From NCBI GenBank assembly GCA_000025185.1, contig CP001848.1, forward strand, positions 5,250,001 through 5,282,000: a DNA stretch of 32,000 bases. The letters are read 5' to 3'. A program made the translations under genes and the position numbers. This stretch comes from Pirellula staleyi DSM 6068 (GTDB lineage Bacteria; Planctomycetota; Planctomycetia; Pirellulales; Pirellulaceae). This document shows positions 7,917 to 16,800 of the stretch, one piece after another. Under the pieces are notes generated by a model. It worked only from the letters and a program-made list of their open reading frames with translations. It was not told the DNA's origin and did no database searches. Within the stretch, counting starts at the first letter, position 1, and every line of letters starts with the position of its first letter.

Positions 7917-8443
7917 GCTGCCTGTGCTCGGGCCGATTTTTGAGCTTCGTCGAGCGCTTCTTTAATTCGCGCGAAGGGCTCGGCGAGATCGAGCTGATCG
8001 AGGTGCGTTTGACAAATGTCGAGCACCGCTTGCTGATCGCTCGAATAGCGCAGTGGTAGCGCTAGACGCATCTTTTTGAACTTAAACTCGTGCAGCGTCG
8101 CCGATGGCTTGGCATCGTGTGCTAGCACCATCACGAGAGGCTGCGAGCAAACGTCGCGTGCGGCGAGTGCGTCTTCCGAGTCGGTGACGATCAGCAGCGG
8201 TGGCAGCTTGGTGCGAGCTAGCAGCGCTCCGCCAATTTGTTCGCCATAGAGGAACGGTTTCAGGGTGGGTCCGTAAAGGATCTCCTGCGCGCGGTTAGGG
8301 CGCACTGGCGACGTGCAGTGGAATTCGAGAGGGCGACCCACTGGGTTTAGCAGCAGATAGCCTCCAAAGAGTCCGTGCTCCGCATAGTCGCATACTGTGA
8401 AAAAACCGATCGCAGGATTGTTCTTACCGCTGTTAGAACTCAT
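7913..8443 (-). CDS. Hypothetical protein (176 aa), translationally coupled to the SNF2 helicase
   Basis: Clean ORF whose stop overlaps or abuts the helicase start. I recognise no motif (GFFTVCDYAEHGLFGGYLLLNPVGRPLEFHCTSPVRPNRAQEILYGPTL...LLIVTDSEDALAARD...). The C-terminus is helical and charged. Confidence 0.7.
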   Translation of the reverse strand: MSSNSGKNNPAIGFFTVCDYAEHGLFGGYLLLNPVGRPLEFHCTSPVRPNRAQEILYGPTLKPFLYGEQIGGALLARTKLPPLLIVTDSEDALAARDVCSQPLVMVLAHDAKPSATLHEFKFKKMRLALPLRYSSDQQAVLDICQTHLDQLDLAEPFARIKEALDEAQKSARAQAA

Positions 8444-8704
8444 TCCGTGGTGGGCTTTAGTGAGTGAGACAAAGGGCGCGAAAATCAGGAGGTGCTATCA
8501 CTTGGCTGCGAGCATCGGTGGAAAGATTCGATGCGCACTTTCAACTAGTCGGGTGTTGGGACATCGGGTCTTTAACGACACTGCCAGTGGTGACGGTTGA
8601 TCCGTCGCCGCGCGGTGGGTCGTAGGGGAGTCTCACCGCCATTTGATAGACAGATAGGGGGTTCTGTGTATACTCAAGGGAACCCCCCAGGAGCTTAACG
8701 ATTC

Positions 8705-9175
8705 ATGCCGCACGATCCTCGTCAGCTTTCGGCCATGTTCAGCATCGATGTGTCGGCCGATCCTCGGAGCGAAGCCAATCGGGTGGCTGATCCCAACGAG
8801 CTTATCATCGGTCTCCTCCGCCAAATGGTGGATAACCAGAAGAAGGAAATCCACCTTCTCGAGGAGATTTCGGGGCATCTGACCGCAGCGCAAAAACAGC
8901 GTGCTTCAGAACTTACGGCGTGGAAAGAAGCCAATCCCCACCTCGCCTCCAGCTGTCGCAGTGCGGCTGAAACGCTCGGCAAGGTGCAAACCCAGTTTCT
9001 GCAAACCTTGACCGAAGACATTGCGTTCAACGAGGAATCGCTCAGCGACAGCGATTTCATGCTCAATGAGTTCGTCGATCGCTTTGGACCTCGTCTGGCG
9101 CACCTGAACGGCGTGCTGCAAGTCCTTTCGCAGCTGAGCGCAAACGCTCCCTCCTCGAGCGACTCGGCAAAATAG
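8705..9175 (+). CDS. Hypothetical helical protein (156 aa)
   Basis: ATG at 8705 with AGGAG at 8689-8693. No recognisable motif. The composition suggests an all-alpha protein. Confidence 0.55.
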   Translation: MPHDPRQLSAMFSIDVSADPRSEANRVADPNELIIGLLRQMVDNQKKEIHLLEEISGHLTAAQKQRASELTAWKEANPHLASSCRSAAETLGKVQTQFLQTLTEDIAFNEESLSDSDFMLNEFVDRFGPRLAHLNGVLQVLSQLSANAPSSSDSAK

Positions 9176-9283
9176 CAGTTGCTGCTAGCTAGGCCGGCGA
9201 GGCTGCCCCGTTTTTAAGATGAGCGGTGGCAGCAGATTCCGCGTGACACGTCCAAGCACTCCGCACTCCTTCTGCCGAAAGTT

Positions 9284-10168
9284 TTGCCGATGCAGGGTCA
9301 ACTCGTGCGCGCCCAGGCGACCGACGGTTTGCGGCTCGATGGATTCTTCCTGCCACCAGCCGACAGCGCGGTGCTCGATCGTCCGCGCCCCTTCGACGCC
9401 GCCCTTTTGCTGCATGGAGTTGCGGCCAACTTCTATACCTCGAGCACGCTCGAAGCGGTGGTCCCGATGCTGCGTGATCGAGGGATCGCAGTGCTGCTGG
9501 CCAACACCCGAGGTCACGACGGAGTGTTCAGTTCCTCGATTGGTATGACGCGCAAACGTTTTGGCAGTGCCTACGAAATTGTCGACGAGTGTCGCGCCGA
9601 CATTCGTGGCTGGATTAATTTTCTCGTGGCTCAGCGGCACTCGCGTTTGCTGCTGCTAGGACATAGCCTCGGTGGTGTGAAAGCCGTTTATGCCCAGGCA
9701 CACGATCGCCACGCTGAGGTGCAGGGGATTGTAGCCGCGTCGCCGCCACGCCTTTCGTACAAAGCCTTTCTGGCGGGTAGCGAAAGTGCGCTGTTCTTCG
9801 AGTCGATGCAAACCGCCAAAGATTTGGTCGCTGCGGGCCAGCCCGACGAACTCTTCACCGCCAAATTTCCCTTTCCGCTGCTCATCAGTGCGGCAAGTTA
9901 TATCGACAAGTATGGCCCCGCCGAGCGCTATCACCTGCTCGATGCAGCGGCCAAGCTGACGGTTCGATCGCATTTTCTGTACGGCAGTAAAGAGCTCGAA
10001 AGTGGTGGCATCGCCTTTGCCGGTCTACCGGAAGCGCTAAACGGCTTGGGACGTGGCGACACGCTGTCGGTCGACGTGATTCAAGGAGGCGATCACGTCT
10101 ATACCGGAGTTCAGCAGCAACTCGCAGCAGCGATTGGAAAATGGGTCGACGCAATCGCAGTCGGCTGA
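9284..10168 (+). CDS. Alpha/beta-fold hydrolase
   Basis: Nucleophile elbow LLLGHSLGG. The HG oxyanion region LLLHGVAANF lies near the N-terminus. Length is 294 aa. Confidence 0.8.
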   Translation: MPMQGQLVRAQATDGLRLDGFFLPPADSAVLDRPRPFDAALLLHGVAANFYTSSTLEAVVPMLRDRGIAVLLANTRGHDGVFSSSIGMTRKRFGSAYEIVDECRADIRGWINFLVAQRHSRLLLLGHSLGGVKAVYAQAHDRHAEVQGIVAASPPRLSYKAFLAGSESALFFESMQTAKDLVAAGQPDELFTAKFPFPLLISAASYIDKYGPAERYHLLDAAAKLTVRSHFLYGSKELESGGIAFAGLPEALNGLGRGDTLSVDVIQGGDHVYTGVQQQLAAAIGKWVDAIAVG

Positions 10169-10218
10169 TGCCGCAGATAGCGCGCTGCGAGATAGGTTTT
10201 TCGAAGCCAGACGCGGTT

Positions 10219-11904
10219 TTAGAAACTGCGAGAACTGCGGGCTTGAGGGGCGGTGAAACGCTGACGCGTGTACTTCAGCCCTGGAAAAAAGAAGCAAGCA
10301 GCTGAGACCACACCGAAGATCAGGTGGGCATAGTCGGGAAAAATCGCCATCAGCGCGGCCGACAAAAAGAGTGCGAGCGCCTGCACATAAAAGGCCCCGC
10401 TGAGCATCCCCGCCTTGATCAAAAAGGCCATGCCATTGACGAGCCCCAGCACGGGTGAAAGTCGCAGCACCGGGAGTTCGAGCCAAGCTTCGAGGGGAAA
10501 CAGAAGGCCGATGCAAATCATACTACCGGCCCAGATATGGGCGATCTGACGTTCGACAAAGGTCACCGGGCCGATCCGTCGGCGGAGCAGCCAGAAGACA
10601 GCCGCCCAGGCACCCAAACCGGCGGTCCACACGAAGGTGTAAACCAACCGATCGCGCACACCATTCCACTGCAGCGCGGTGGTGAGCGAGCAGACCAAAA
10701 TCAGCGCCAGGCTGTGCCACATCCAGAGCACGCCCCAATTTTCAAGCACAGCGGCGTGATGCGTTTCGCGCATCCACGAGGCGACGATCTGGCCAAAGCG
10801 TCCGCTTCGCGCGGCGATACTTTCGTCGTTCAAAAACGCTTCGAGATCGCGGGCCAGTAGGGCTGCCGAGTTGTAGCGCAGGTCGGTCGGTTTTTGCAGA
10901 CAGCGGAGCGCAATCATTTCGAGATCGCGATCGGCACGCGGGTTGAGCATTCGGGGTGGAACCGGATCTTGCTCGAGCACCATCAGCACCACATCGACCG
11001 GCGAAGCGGCTTGAAATGGCGGCCGTCCGGTCAGCATGTGGTAGAGCACAACACCGAGGCTATACACATCGCTCACAGGTCCAACTTGGCCTCGCGCGCC
11101 GGCGGCTTGTTCCGGTGCCATGTAGGCCGGTGTTCCCAGGACTGCGCCAGTTTTGGTGAGGCTAGCCGCGTCGCTCGTTTGCTTGGCGAGACCGAAATCG
11201 GTGACGTGGGGAAAGCCCGCGTTATCGAGCAGAATGTTCGACGGCTTGATATCGCGATGCAGTACCCCTTTGGTGTGCGCGAAATGAATGGCGTGAGCCA
11301 CTCGCGCCAAAAGCGTCGCTGCCTCGCGCGAGTCCATCGGCCCTTCAGCGAGTCGGTGACTAAGCGTGGTCCCTTGAATGTACTTCATGCTGAAGTAGGG
11401 ACGTCCGTCGACCTGGCCCACTTCATACACCGGCACAATGCCCGGATGATCGAGTTTCGCAGCCGCTTGAGCCTCGGCCTGAAAACGTTCGCGATCGGCT
11501 GGCGAAGCGAGTTGGCCTCGCAAAATCATCTTCACCGCCACTTCGCGGCCGAGCGTGATTTGCCTGGCCCGGTACACCACACCCATGCCACCACGGCCAA
11601 GTTCTTCGAGCAAATCGTAGTCGCCAAAGCGGCACGGAAGCTCGAGGATGCCGCTCGGAAAATCGCTCTCCTTCGGAGAACCAGGGGGCATGGAGATCGA
11701 CGTGCTGGCGGCTGCCACTTGGGCCACCATCACCGCGCCCCACAGCTGGCGCAGTTCAGCCGCGAGATCGGGATGCGAGCGGCATTGCTGATCGAGATCG
11801 ACTTGCTCGCCGCGCTGGGCTCGGTCGGCCAGATCGGCCAGCAGCATCGCCAGCCGCTCTTCAGCTTCTTCAGACAGAATCGTGCTTGGTACGCTTGGCT
11901 TCAC
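10219..11904 (-). CDS. Ser/Thr protein kinase with a C-terminal polytopic membrane domain
   Basis: Hanks motifs: GRGGMGVVY, VAVKMI, HRDIKPSNILL, DFGLAK, GTPAYMAPE. About 190 C-terminal residues form several hydrophobic helices. GTG start at 11904. Confidence 0.9.
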   Translation of the reverse strand: MKPSVPSTILSEEAEERLAMLLADLADRAQRGEQVDLDQQCRSHPDLAAELRQLWGAVMVAQVAAASTSISMPPGSPKESDFPSGILELPCRFGDYDLLEELGRGGMGVVYRARQITLGREVAVKMILRGQLASPADRERFQAEAQAAAKLDHPGIVPVYEVGQVDGRPYFSMKYIQGTTLSHRLAEGPMDSREAATLLARVAHAIHFAHTKGVLHRDIKPSNILLDNAGFPHVTDFGLAKQTSDAASLTKTGAVLGTPAYMAPEQAAGARGQVGPVSDVYSLGVVLYHMLTGRPPFQAASPVDVVLMVLEQDPVPPRMLNPRADRDLEMIALRCLQKPTDLRYNSAALLARDLEAFLNDESIAARSGRFGQIVASWMRETHHAAVLENWGVLWMWHSLALILVCSLTTALQWNGVRDRLVYTFVWTAGLGAWAAVFWLLRRRIGPVTFVERQIAHIWAGSMICIGLLFPLEAWLELPVLRLSPVLGLVNGMAFLIKAGMLSGAFYVQALALFLSAALMAIFPDYAHLIFGVVSAACFFFPGLKYTRQRFTAPQARSSRSF

Positions 11905-11976
11905 GCGTCGTCTACCGTTTGTGTGTTTATCGCGCGATCCGTGGCGCTGCCAACGACCAAGCGAGGCGGGCCGATT

Positions 11977-12624
11977 TTACGAAATCGAATCGTCGCTGTT
12001 TTGCGGGTTCACCATCATCTCGCGCAGCCGCCGCACCGCCCGCAAGTAGCGCATGCTGGCCGCAGGTTCGGAGAGTCCCAGTGCTTGGGCAATCTCTTGA
12101 TTCGACAGTTGCTCGTAGTGCCGCATCACAATGATTTCGCAGTCCTGATCGCCGAGCTTCGCAATCGCTTGCTCTACCACCTGAGCCATTTCGTGCTGCG
12201 TGGCCGCAGCGGCTGGTGTGAGCTGCCGATCGCAAATTTGCGCGGCGAGTTCCATCGTCGAGCGGTCGTCGCCGGCAGGAACTTGAATCGGCCGCTCGCG
12301 ATCGACGCTTCGTTTGGCCGATCCTCGATGCCGCCGATGGGCGTCGATGATCCGGTCTTTGGCGATTTGACGCAGCCAGAGATGGAACGACATCACCGGG
12401 TTATTCAGGTAGTCCTTGATGCGGCGATTGGCCTCCACCAGAACGTCCTGCACCACGTCGCTGACATCCACGCGGCGCTGAATTTTCTGATCGAGCCGCA
12501 TCTGCACCAGGCGGCGCAAGGAATCGCGATGACGTTCCATCAGGCGATTCACCGCATCGGCATCGCCCTGTTTCACGCCATCCAGCAGTTGCTGCGTTTG
12601 TTCGGTTTCTGGCCACATCGACAT
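11977..12624 (-). CDS. ECF-type sigma-70 family RNA polymerase sigma factor (kinase-linked)
   Basis: Region 2 is DVSDVVQDVLVEA...FHLWLRQIAKDRIID. Region 4 HTH is LSNQEIAQALGLSEPAASMRYLRAVRRLREMM. I prefer the internal ATG at 12624 (MSMWPETEQ...) over the track start at 12741, because the extra 39 aa look non-sigma-like. It lies 72 nt upstream of the kinase on the same strand. Confidence 0.85.
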   Translation of the reverse strand: MSMWPETEQTQQLLDGVKQGDADAVNRLMERHRDSLRRLVQMRLDQKIQRRVDVSDVVQDVLVEANRRIKDYLNNPVMSFHLWLRQIAKDRIIDAHRRHRGSAKRSVDRERPIQVPAGDDRSTMELAAQICDRQLTPAAAATQHEMAQVVEQAIAKLGDQDCEIIVMRHYEQLSNQEIAQALGLSEPAASMRYLRAVRRLREMMVNPQNSDDSIS

Positions 12625-13106
12625 ATTCAGATTCTGGCCCGAGAAGGCCGGACGAAAAAGGCTGGGAAAGGATCGGCTGCGGAGCGAACTGACGGGGGAT
12701 CGGTGCAGTGAAGCACTTACCGAATCCGCTGGGCAGCACACTTCGTACCTTACAGCTTAGGTGCGATCGTGGCCCGGGAGTAGCCGGAAACTGCCCCGCC
12801 GCGAGGGAATGTCGCGCGAAACGGCGACCAACCAGAAAGGGTATTCGCAAATCGTTCAAAACGTCTCAATTTGGGACTTTGGGAGGGCTTGCGCTCGATT
12901 CCCCCGTAAACCTGCGACCGCTGTAAGCCGGCGGCTGCTCGAGTGCTCTCGTCGAGGGGGTCGACACTGCTTAAACTCAAGGCTGGTGCCTAATTAGATG
13001 CTCGCCTCGACTCGTTTCAGGCGTACAATTCACTCTTGCCCGGTAGCCAGCGTTGCCGACAGGCAGCCACGACGTTTTGAAAGTCGTGGAAAAAAGGTAA
13101 CAAGCT

Positions 13107-13133
13107 GGAAACAGTGGAGTGCGGTGCATCGTC
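13107..13133 (+). promoter_or_regulatory. Putative ECF-type promoter (GGAAAC-N17-CGTC)
   Basis: GGAAAC at 13107-13112, a 17-nt spacer, then CGTC at 13130-13133. GGAAGG (13141-13146) follows as a Shine-Dalgarno site 8 nt before the GTG start at 13155. This matches the generic ECF '-35 GAAC / -10 CGTC' pattern expected for an autoregulated ECF gene. Confidence 0.35.
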
Positions 13134-13154
13134 TAGTTTTGGAAGGCAGGTTGT

Positions 13155-13712
13155 GTGAGTTCATCAGCGAGCAAAGAGAAGACTGAGGCGCCGCTATCGC
13201 CCGCCAGCCCTGTTTTGGGCTCGCTGGCCGATGCCTTTGCGCTGTACCAGTCCGAACTGCTCGGCACCCTGTACTACCTGGTTGGCAATCTCGACGACGC
13301 CCGCGACGCCTTGCAAGACGCGTTCATCAAATGCTGGCGAAATCAAGACAAGCTCCACGAAGTGCAGAACCTGAAAGCGTGGATTTTTTGTGTCGCCCTG
13401 AATGCCGGACGCGACGTGCGCGAAACTGCGTGGCGCCGCCGCCGACAAGGTCTACCTGAAGACGAAATGCAACTTACCTCGCGCGAACAGCCTCCCGACG
13501 TGATACTCGAAAACGACGAGCGCATGGCGCTCCTGCGCGACGCCCTTCGAGCCCTCCGCCCTGAAGAGCAAGAGATTTTCCTCCTCCGTCAAAATGGCAA
13601 TCTGACGTACGAGGAAATCGCGAAAGAACTAAATATCCCGCCCGGTACGGTGAAAACCCGCATGCGACTCGCCCTGAATCACCTACGGCAAGTCCTCGCG
13701 GAACCGACCTGA
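13155..13712 (+). CDS. ECF-type sigma-70 family RNA polymerase sigma factor
   Basis: Region 2 is DARDALQDAFIKCW...AWIFCVALNAGRD. Region 4 is LTYEEIAKELNIPPGTVKTRMRLALNHLRQVL. Length is 185 aa, with a GTG start. Confidence 0.9.
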   Translation: MSSSASKEKTEAPLSPASPVLGSLADAFALYQSELLGTLYYLVGNLDDARDALQDAFIKCWRNQDKLHEVQNLKAWIFCVALNAGRDVRETAWRRRRQGLPEDEMQLTSREQPPDVILENDERMALLRDALRALRPEEQEIFLLRQNGNLTYEEIAKELNIPPGTVKTRMRLALNHLRQVLAEPT

Positions 13713-13893
13713 ACGGCAGCGAACCTGTGAGATCAGCAGCAACCTGATGGCGAAGAACCTTGAGTCTGGAACTACGACAAAGCGAAACAAGTTGGTGAAT
13801 GAAACCTCAGGCGGCGACTGCAAGCGCGACTCTCAGGGTCGAGTGGCAGCCAGCAGCTGAGAAGATCGAGAACGCATCGAAGGATTTTTTGCC

Positions 13894-16800
13894 GTGGATA
13901 ACGAACGTTCGGAACAACTCAGGCAGCAGATGTGGGAGCTGGTTTACGACCTGCTCGACCCACCTGAAGTCGCTGCGCTCCACAGCCTCATCAAATCCGA
14001 TCCCGATGTGGCTCGCCTCTATTCCGAAGTTCATCTGCAAGCCGATCTGGTCGGCTATGCCGCGCAGGTCGAAGACGAATCGTTCGCCGTCCAAGTCCCC
14101 GAGGAATTTGCCCATCTCAAGATTCGAGTCGCCGCACTCCAAGCCACGCCCGAAGAGCCCGCTGTTTCGCTTGCCTCCACTAAATCGGCTGCGAAATCGC
14201 ATCCTGGCAAGTCGCATGGAAAGCACAAATCGGCCGAGCAAATCAGCCCTAAGACTTATACCTGGCTCGCTACCGGTGGCACCCTCGCACTCCTCATGCT
14301 GTTAGGGGTCGGCCTGTTTCGTCCTCCACTGGAGTCCGAGAAACTGGCTCACAACATGACTGTCACCGAGCTGCATGGTCCAGCGAAAATGGTGGCGGGA
14401 CTCACCACGCATCTAAGCATCGAAACCGCTGCGGTCGACGGCACGCCGAAGTCGACGGTCGTCGAAGTGGTGGTGCTCGATGGCGAAGGTCAGCAGAAAT
14501 TCGCCTCCGAAGTGCACACCGATGCCCAGGGACGAGGAGCGGTCGCTGTTCCTGGCGATCTGATCACTCCTTCGACGCAAGTGATTGCGACGGCTGTTTC
14601 CGAGCAGCTTCTTCTTCCTCGTAGTGCTCCGCGCATGGTCCGTAAGCTGGCCGAGCTTGCAGCCGCACCTGCTGCGAAAGCCCACCTTCATCCCGCCCCT
14701 GAACCGACCGACACCTATGTTCTGAGCAACGCACCAGCCGGCAAATCGGAAGGTGAAATCGAACTCGCTGTGGTGCGCATCGGGCGTTACTCGAAGCAGA
14801 TTATCCCGATCACTAGCGCAGCCGATCTCGACGCCGCCATCGCGCAGCATTTTCCGGAAGCCGAGCGCAAGTCACTCGCCAGTGCCTTGCCCGATACGCG
14901 CGATGGTGTCATGCAGGCAACGGTGCAGCTGCCACAAGCCCCGCGCATGGCGATGATGCGTTCGTCCGCCCCGGGTATTGAAGCTCGTGCGATGTCACCC
15001 GCGATGGCCGATGCTGCGCCCACTGAACTTCAAGCAGCGCGGGGCCAGTCGTCCGATAGTCAAGCAGCCGACGTTCCGGCACCAGCGCCAGCTCCTCCTG
15101 CGCCTGCAGCGATCGAAAGTGCAGCCGCTCCAGTAGAGGGTGGCAGCCGCTCGATGAAGCCGCAAGCAAAAGGTTTGTCAGCAGCCCCACTGGCGCAGGC
15201 CGAAGGTGCTATGCAACTCGCCGATGGTGCCCAAAATCTGGCTGCGGGAAATGCGCCGGGCACTCGCGGCGGTGAAGGTGGTGGTGGAACGAGAGCACTT
15301 CCCGCCGCACCAGTTCCTGGGGAAGTGCCATTCTCGGCACAGGCCGCCATCGCTCCTGCCGAAGCAGTCGCCGACAACGGTCCCCCCAACGACAAAATGT
15401 CGCGTCGCACAGCCGAAGCGGAGGCAGCCAAGCTAGAACAGGCGGCCATGGCCAAACGAGCCAGCACGCAAGATACGATCGCACGCAATGGTGCGGAAAC
15501 GCTTAGCCCTAAGCCGCAAAGTGGACAGCTTCGCAAGTCGCATCCAGGGATAAAGCATGCCGAGCAGCGTGTTCCCAAGAATCGAGCATCTGCGATGCCT
15601 CGCGCTTTCGGAACCGAGATCGGCCCGAAAGAGTCGGCCAAGATCATCCTCCCCGAAACGATGATCGGCGAACGTGTGAGTGTGGCGATGGTGCAACACG
15701 ATGCACGGGTCGAACTTGGTGAATTCAATACCGACGCGCTTGCAGTGCCGAAGACACTCGAAGTTCCCTTGCCACCCGAGATCGATGGCGAGTTTGCGCT
15801 GCATGTGGCAAACGCTCGCGCCAGCCGCAAATCGGCCGCAGATACTACCGAGCAGGTCCTTGATCGTAGCGCGCAGCAGCGAGCGACCGGCGACGACCCG
15901 CTCGTTGAATTCTTCGTACGCCGCTCGTCGAAGAATTGGCAACTCGACATTGAAAACCAGTCGACGAAGTCACTCGTCGCGAAGAATCAACCCGCCAAGA
16001 TCGAATCTTCCCGAGCCGACAACGCCACGCAAGATCAAGCCGACACAACGAACTCGCTTACGTTTGCTCCTGGTGAGCAGGTGAAGCTGCGGCTTCGCGT
16101 GTCGGATGAATCGGGGAAACCTGGACCTGCAACCATTGCCGTTCGCATGGTCGAGGAATCGTCGCGCGGTGGAGATGCAGTTGCTCTTTCGCAAATGGCC
16201 AGTGTCGTGCAGCGATTGAATTTCGAGGCCGACTCCCAGCGCGACCGTCTGGCCAATACGTTTGCGATGCAAACCGAGAAGCAATCGGCAAGCGCCACCG
16301 ACAAGGCTACCGCTGACCTTCGAAAAAACGTGGCCGAGCACGAGCGACTCGAACATCAACTTGAGCATCCCAAACAAGCTGAGCACGACCCTATTCAGGC
16401 CGACGCACACCATCAGAGTCATGAGCAGCCTTCCATCCAACTCCATTTGGCACCAACCAACGATCGGCTGCTCGCCAGCAATCAGGCCGATGTTTGCTCG
16501 GCCGCATGCGATCTTTGTTCGCATATTGATGAGATGGGGGCGACTCGCAAGCACTTCACCGGCCTGCTGCTGATCGCAGGAAGTTTGATGCTTGGCGCTG
16601 TGCTGGTATTCCAGAAATTGCAGCGTGTGGCGATCTACGTGCCGCTTTTCGTCGTCGCCTCGTCGGCTGCAGTCGCAGGCTTACTCAGCGGCGTTACCTG
16701 GATCGCACTCAACGAACATGATCCCGTAACTCTCGCCGAACTGATGCGTGAGGATTCTACCGCAGTGGTCGCTATGGCCCCAGCCACGGAGCCCAAGCTG

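Noticed and set aside
1-8443. Idea that the MotA-like/ExbD-like operon and the SNF2 helicase pair form one Zorya-type (ZorAB + ZorD-like) defence locus
   Set aside because: The two units are separated by ~2.6 kb that contains an opposite-strand rRNA-type methyltransferase, a small secreted-protein gene and terminators. The ExbD-like proteins show no visible OmpA-like or other peptidoglycan-binding domain. The helicase is far smaller than ZorD. I keep only the ZorA-like tail analogy as a hypothesis for the operon itself.
10894-12711. 605-aa plus-strand ORF spanning the kinase and sigma-factor loci
   Set aside because: It lies antisense to two genes with unmistakable Hanks-kinase and ECF sigma motifs. 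The translation is His/Arg-rich with no motifs. It is a typical high-GC shadow ORF.
15060-15950. 296-aa minus-strand ORF and other overlapping ORFs inside 13799-17037
   Set aside because: They are embedded in the 1061-aa anti-sigma-like gene. That gene has a supported start (Shine-Dalgarno site plus the first start after an in-frame stop) and coherent TM and domain organisation. The alternatives are Ala/Ser/Arg-rich shadows.
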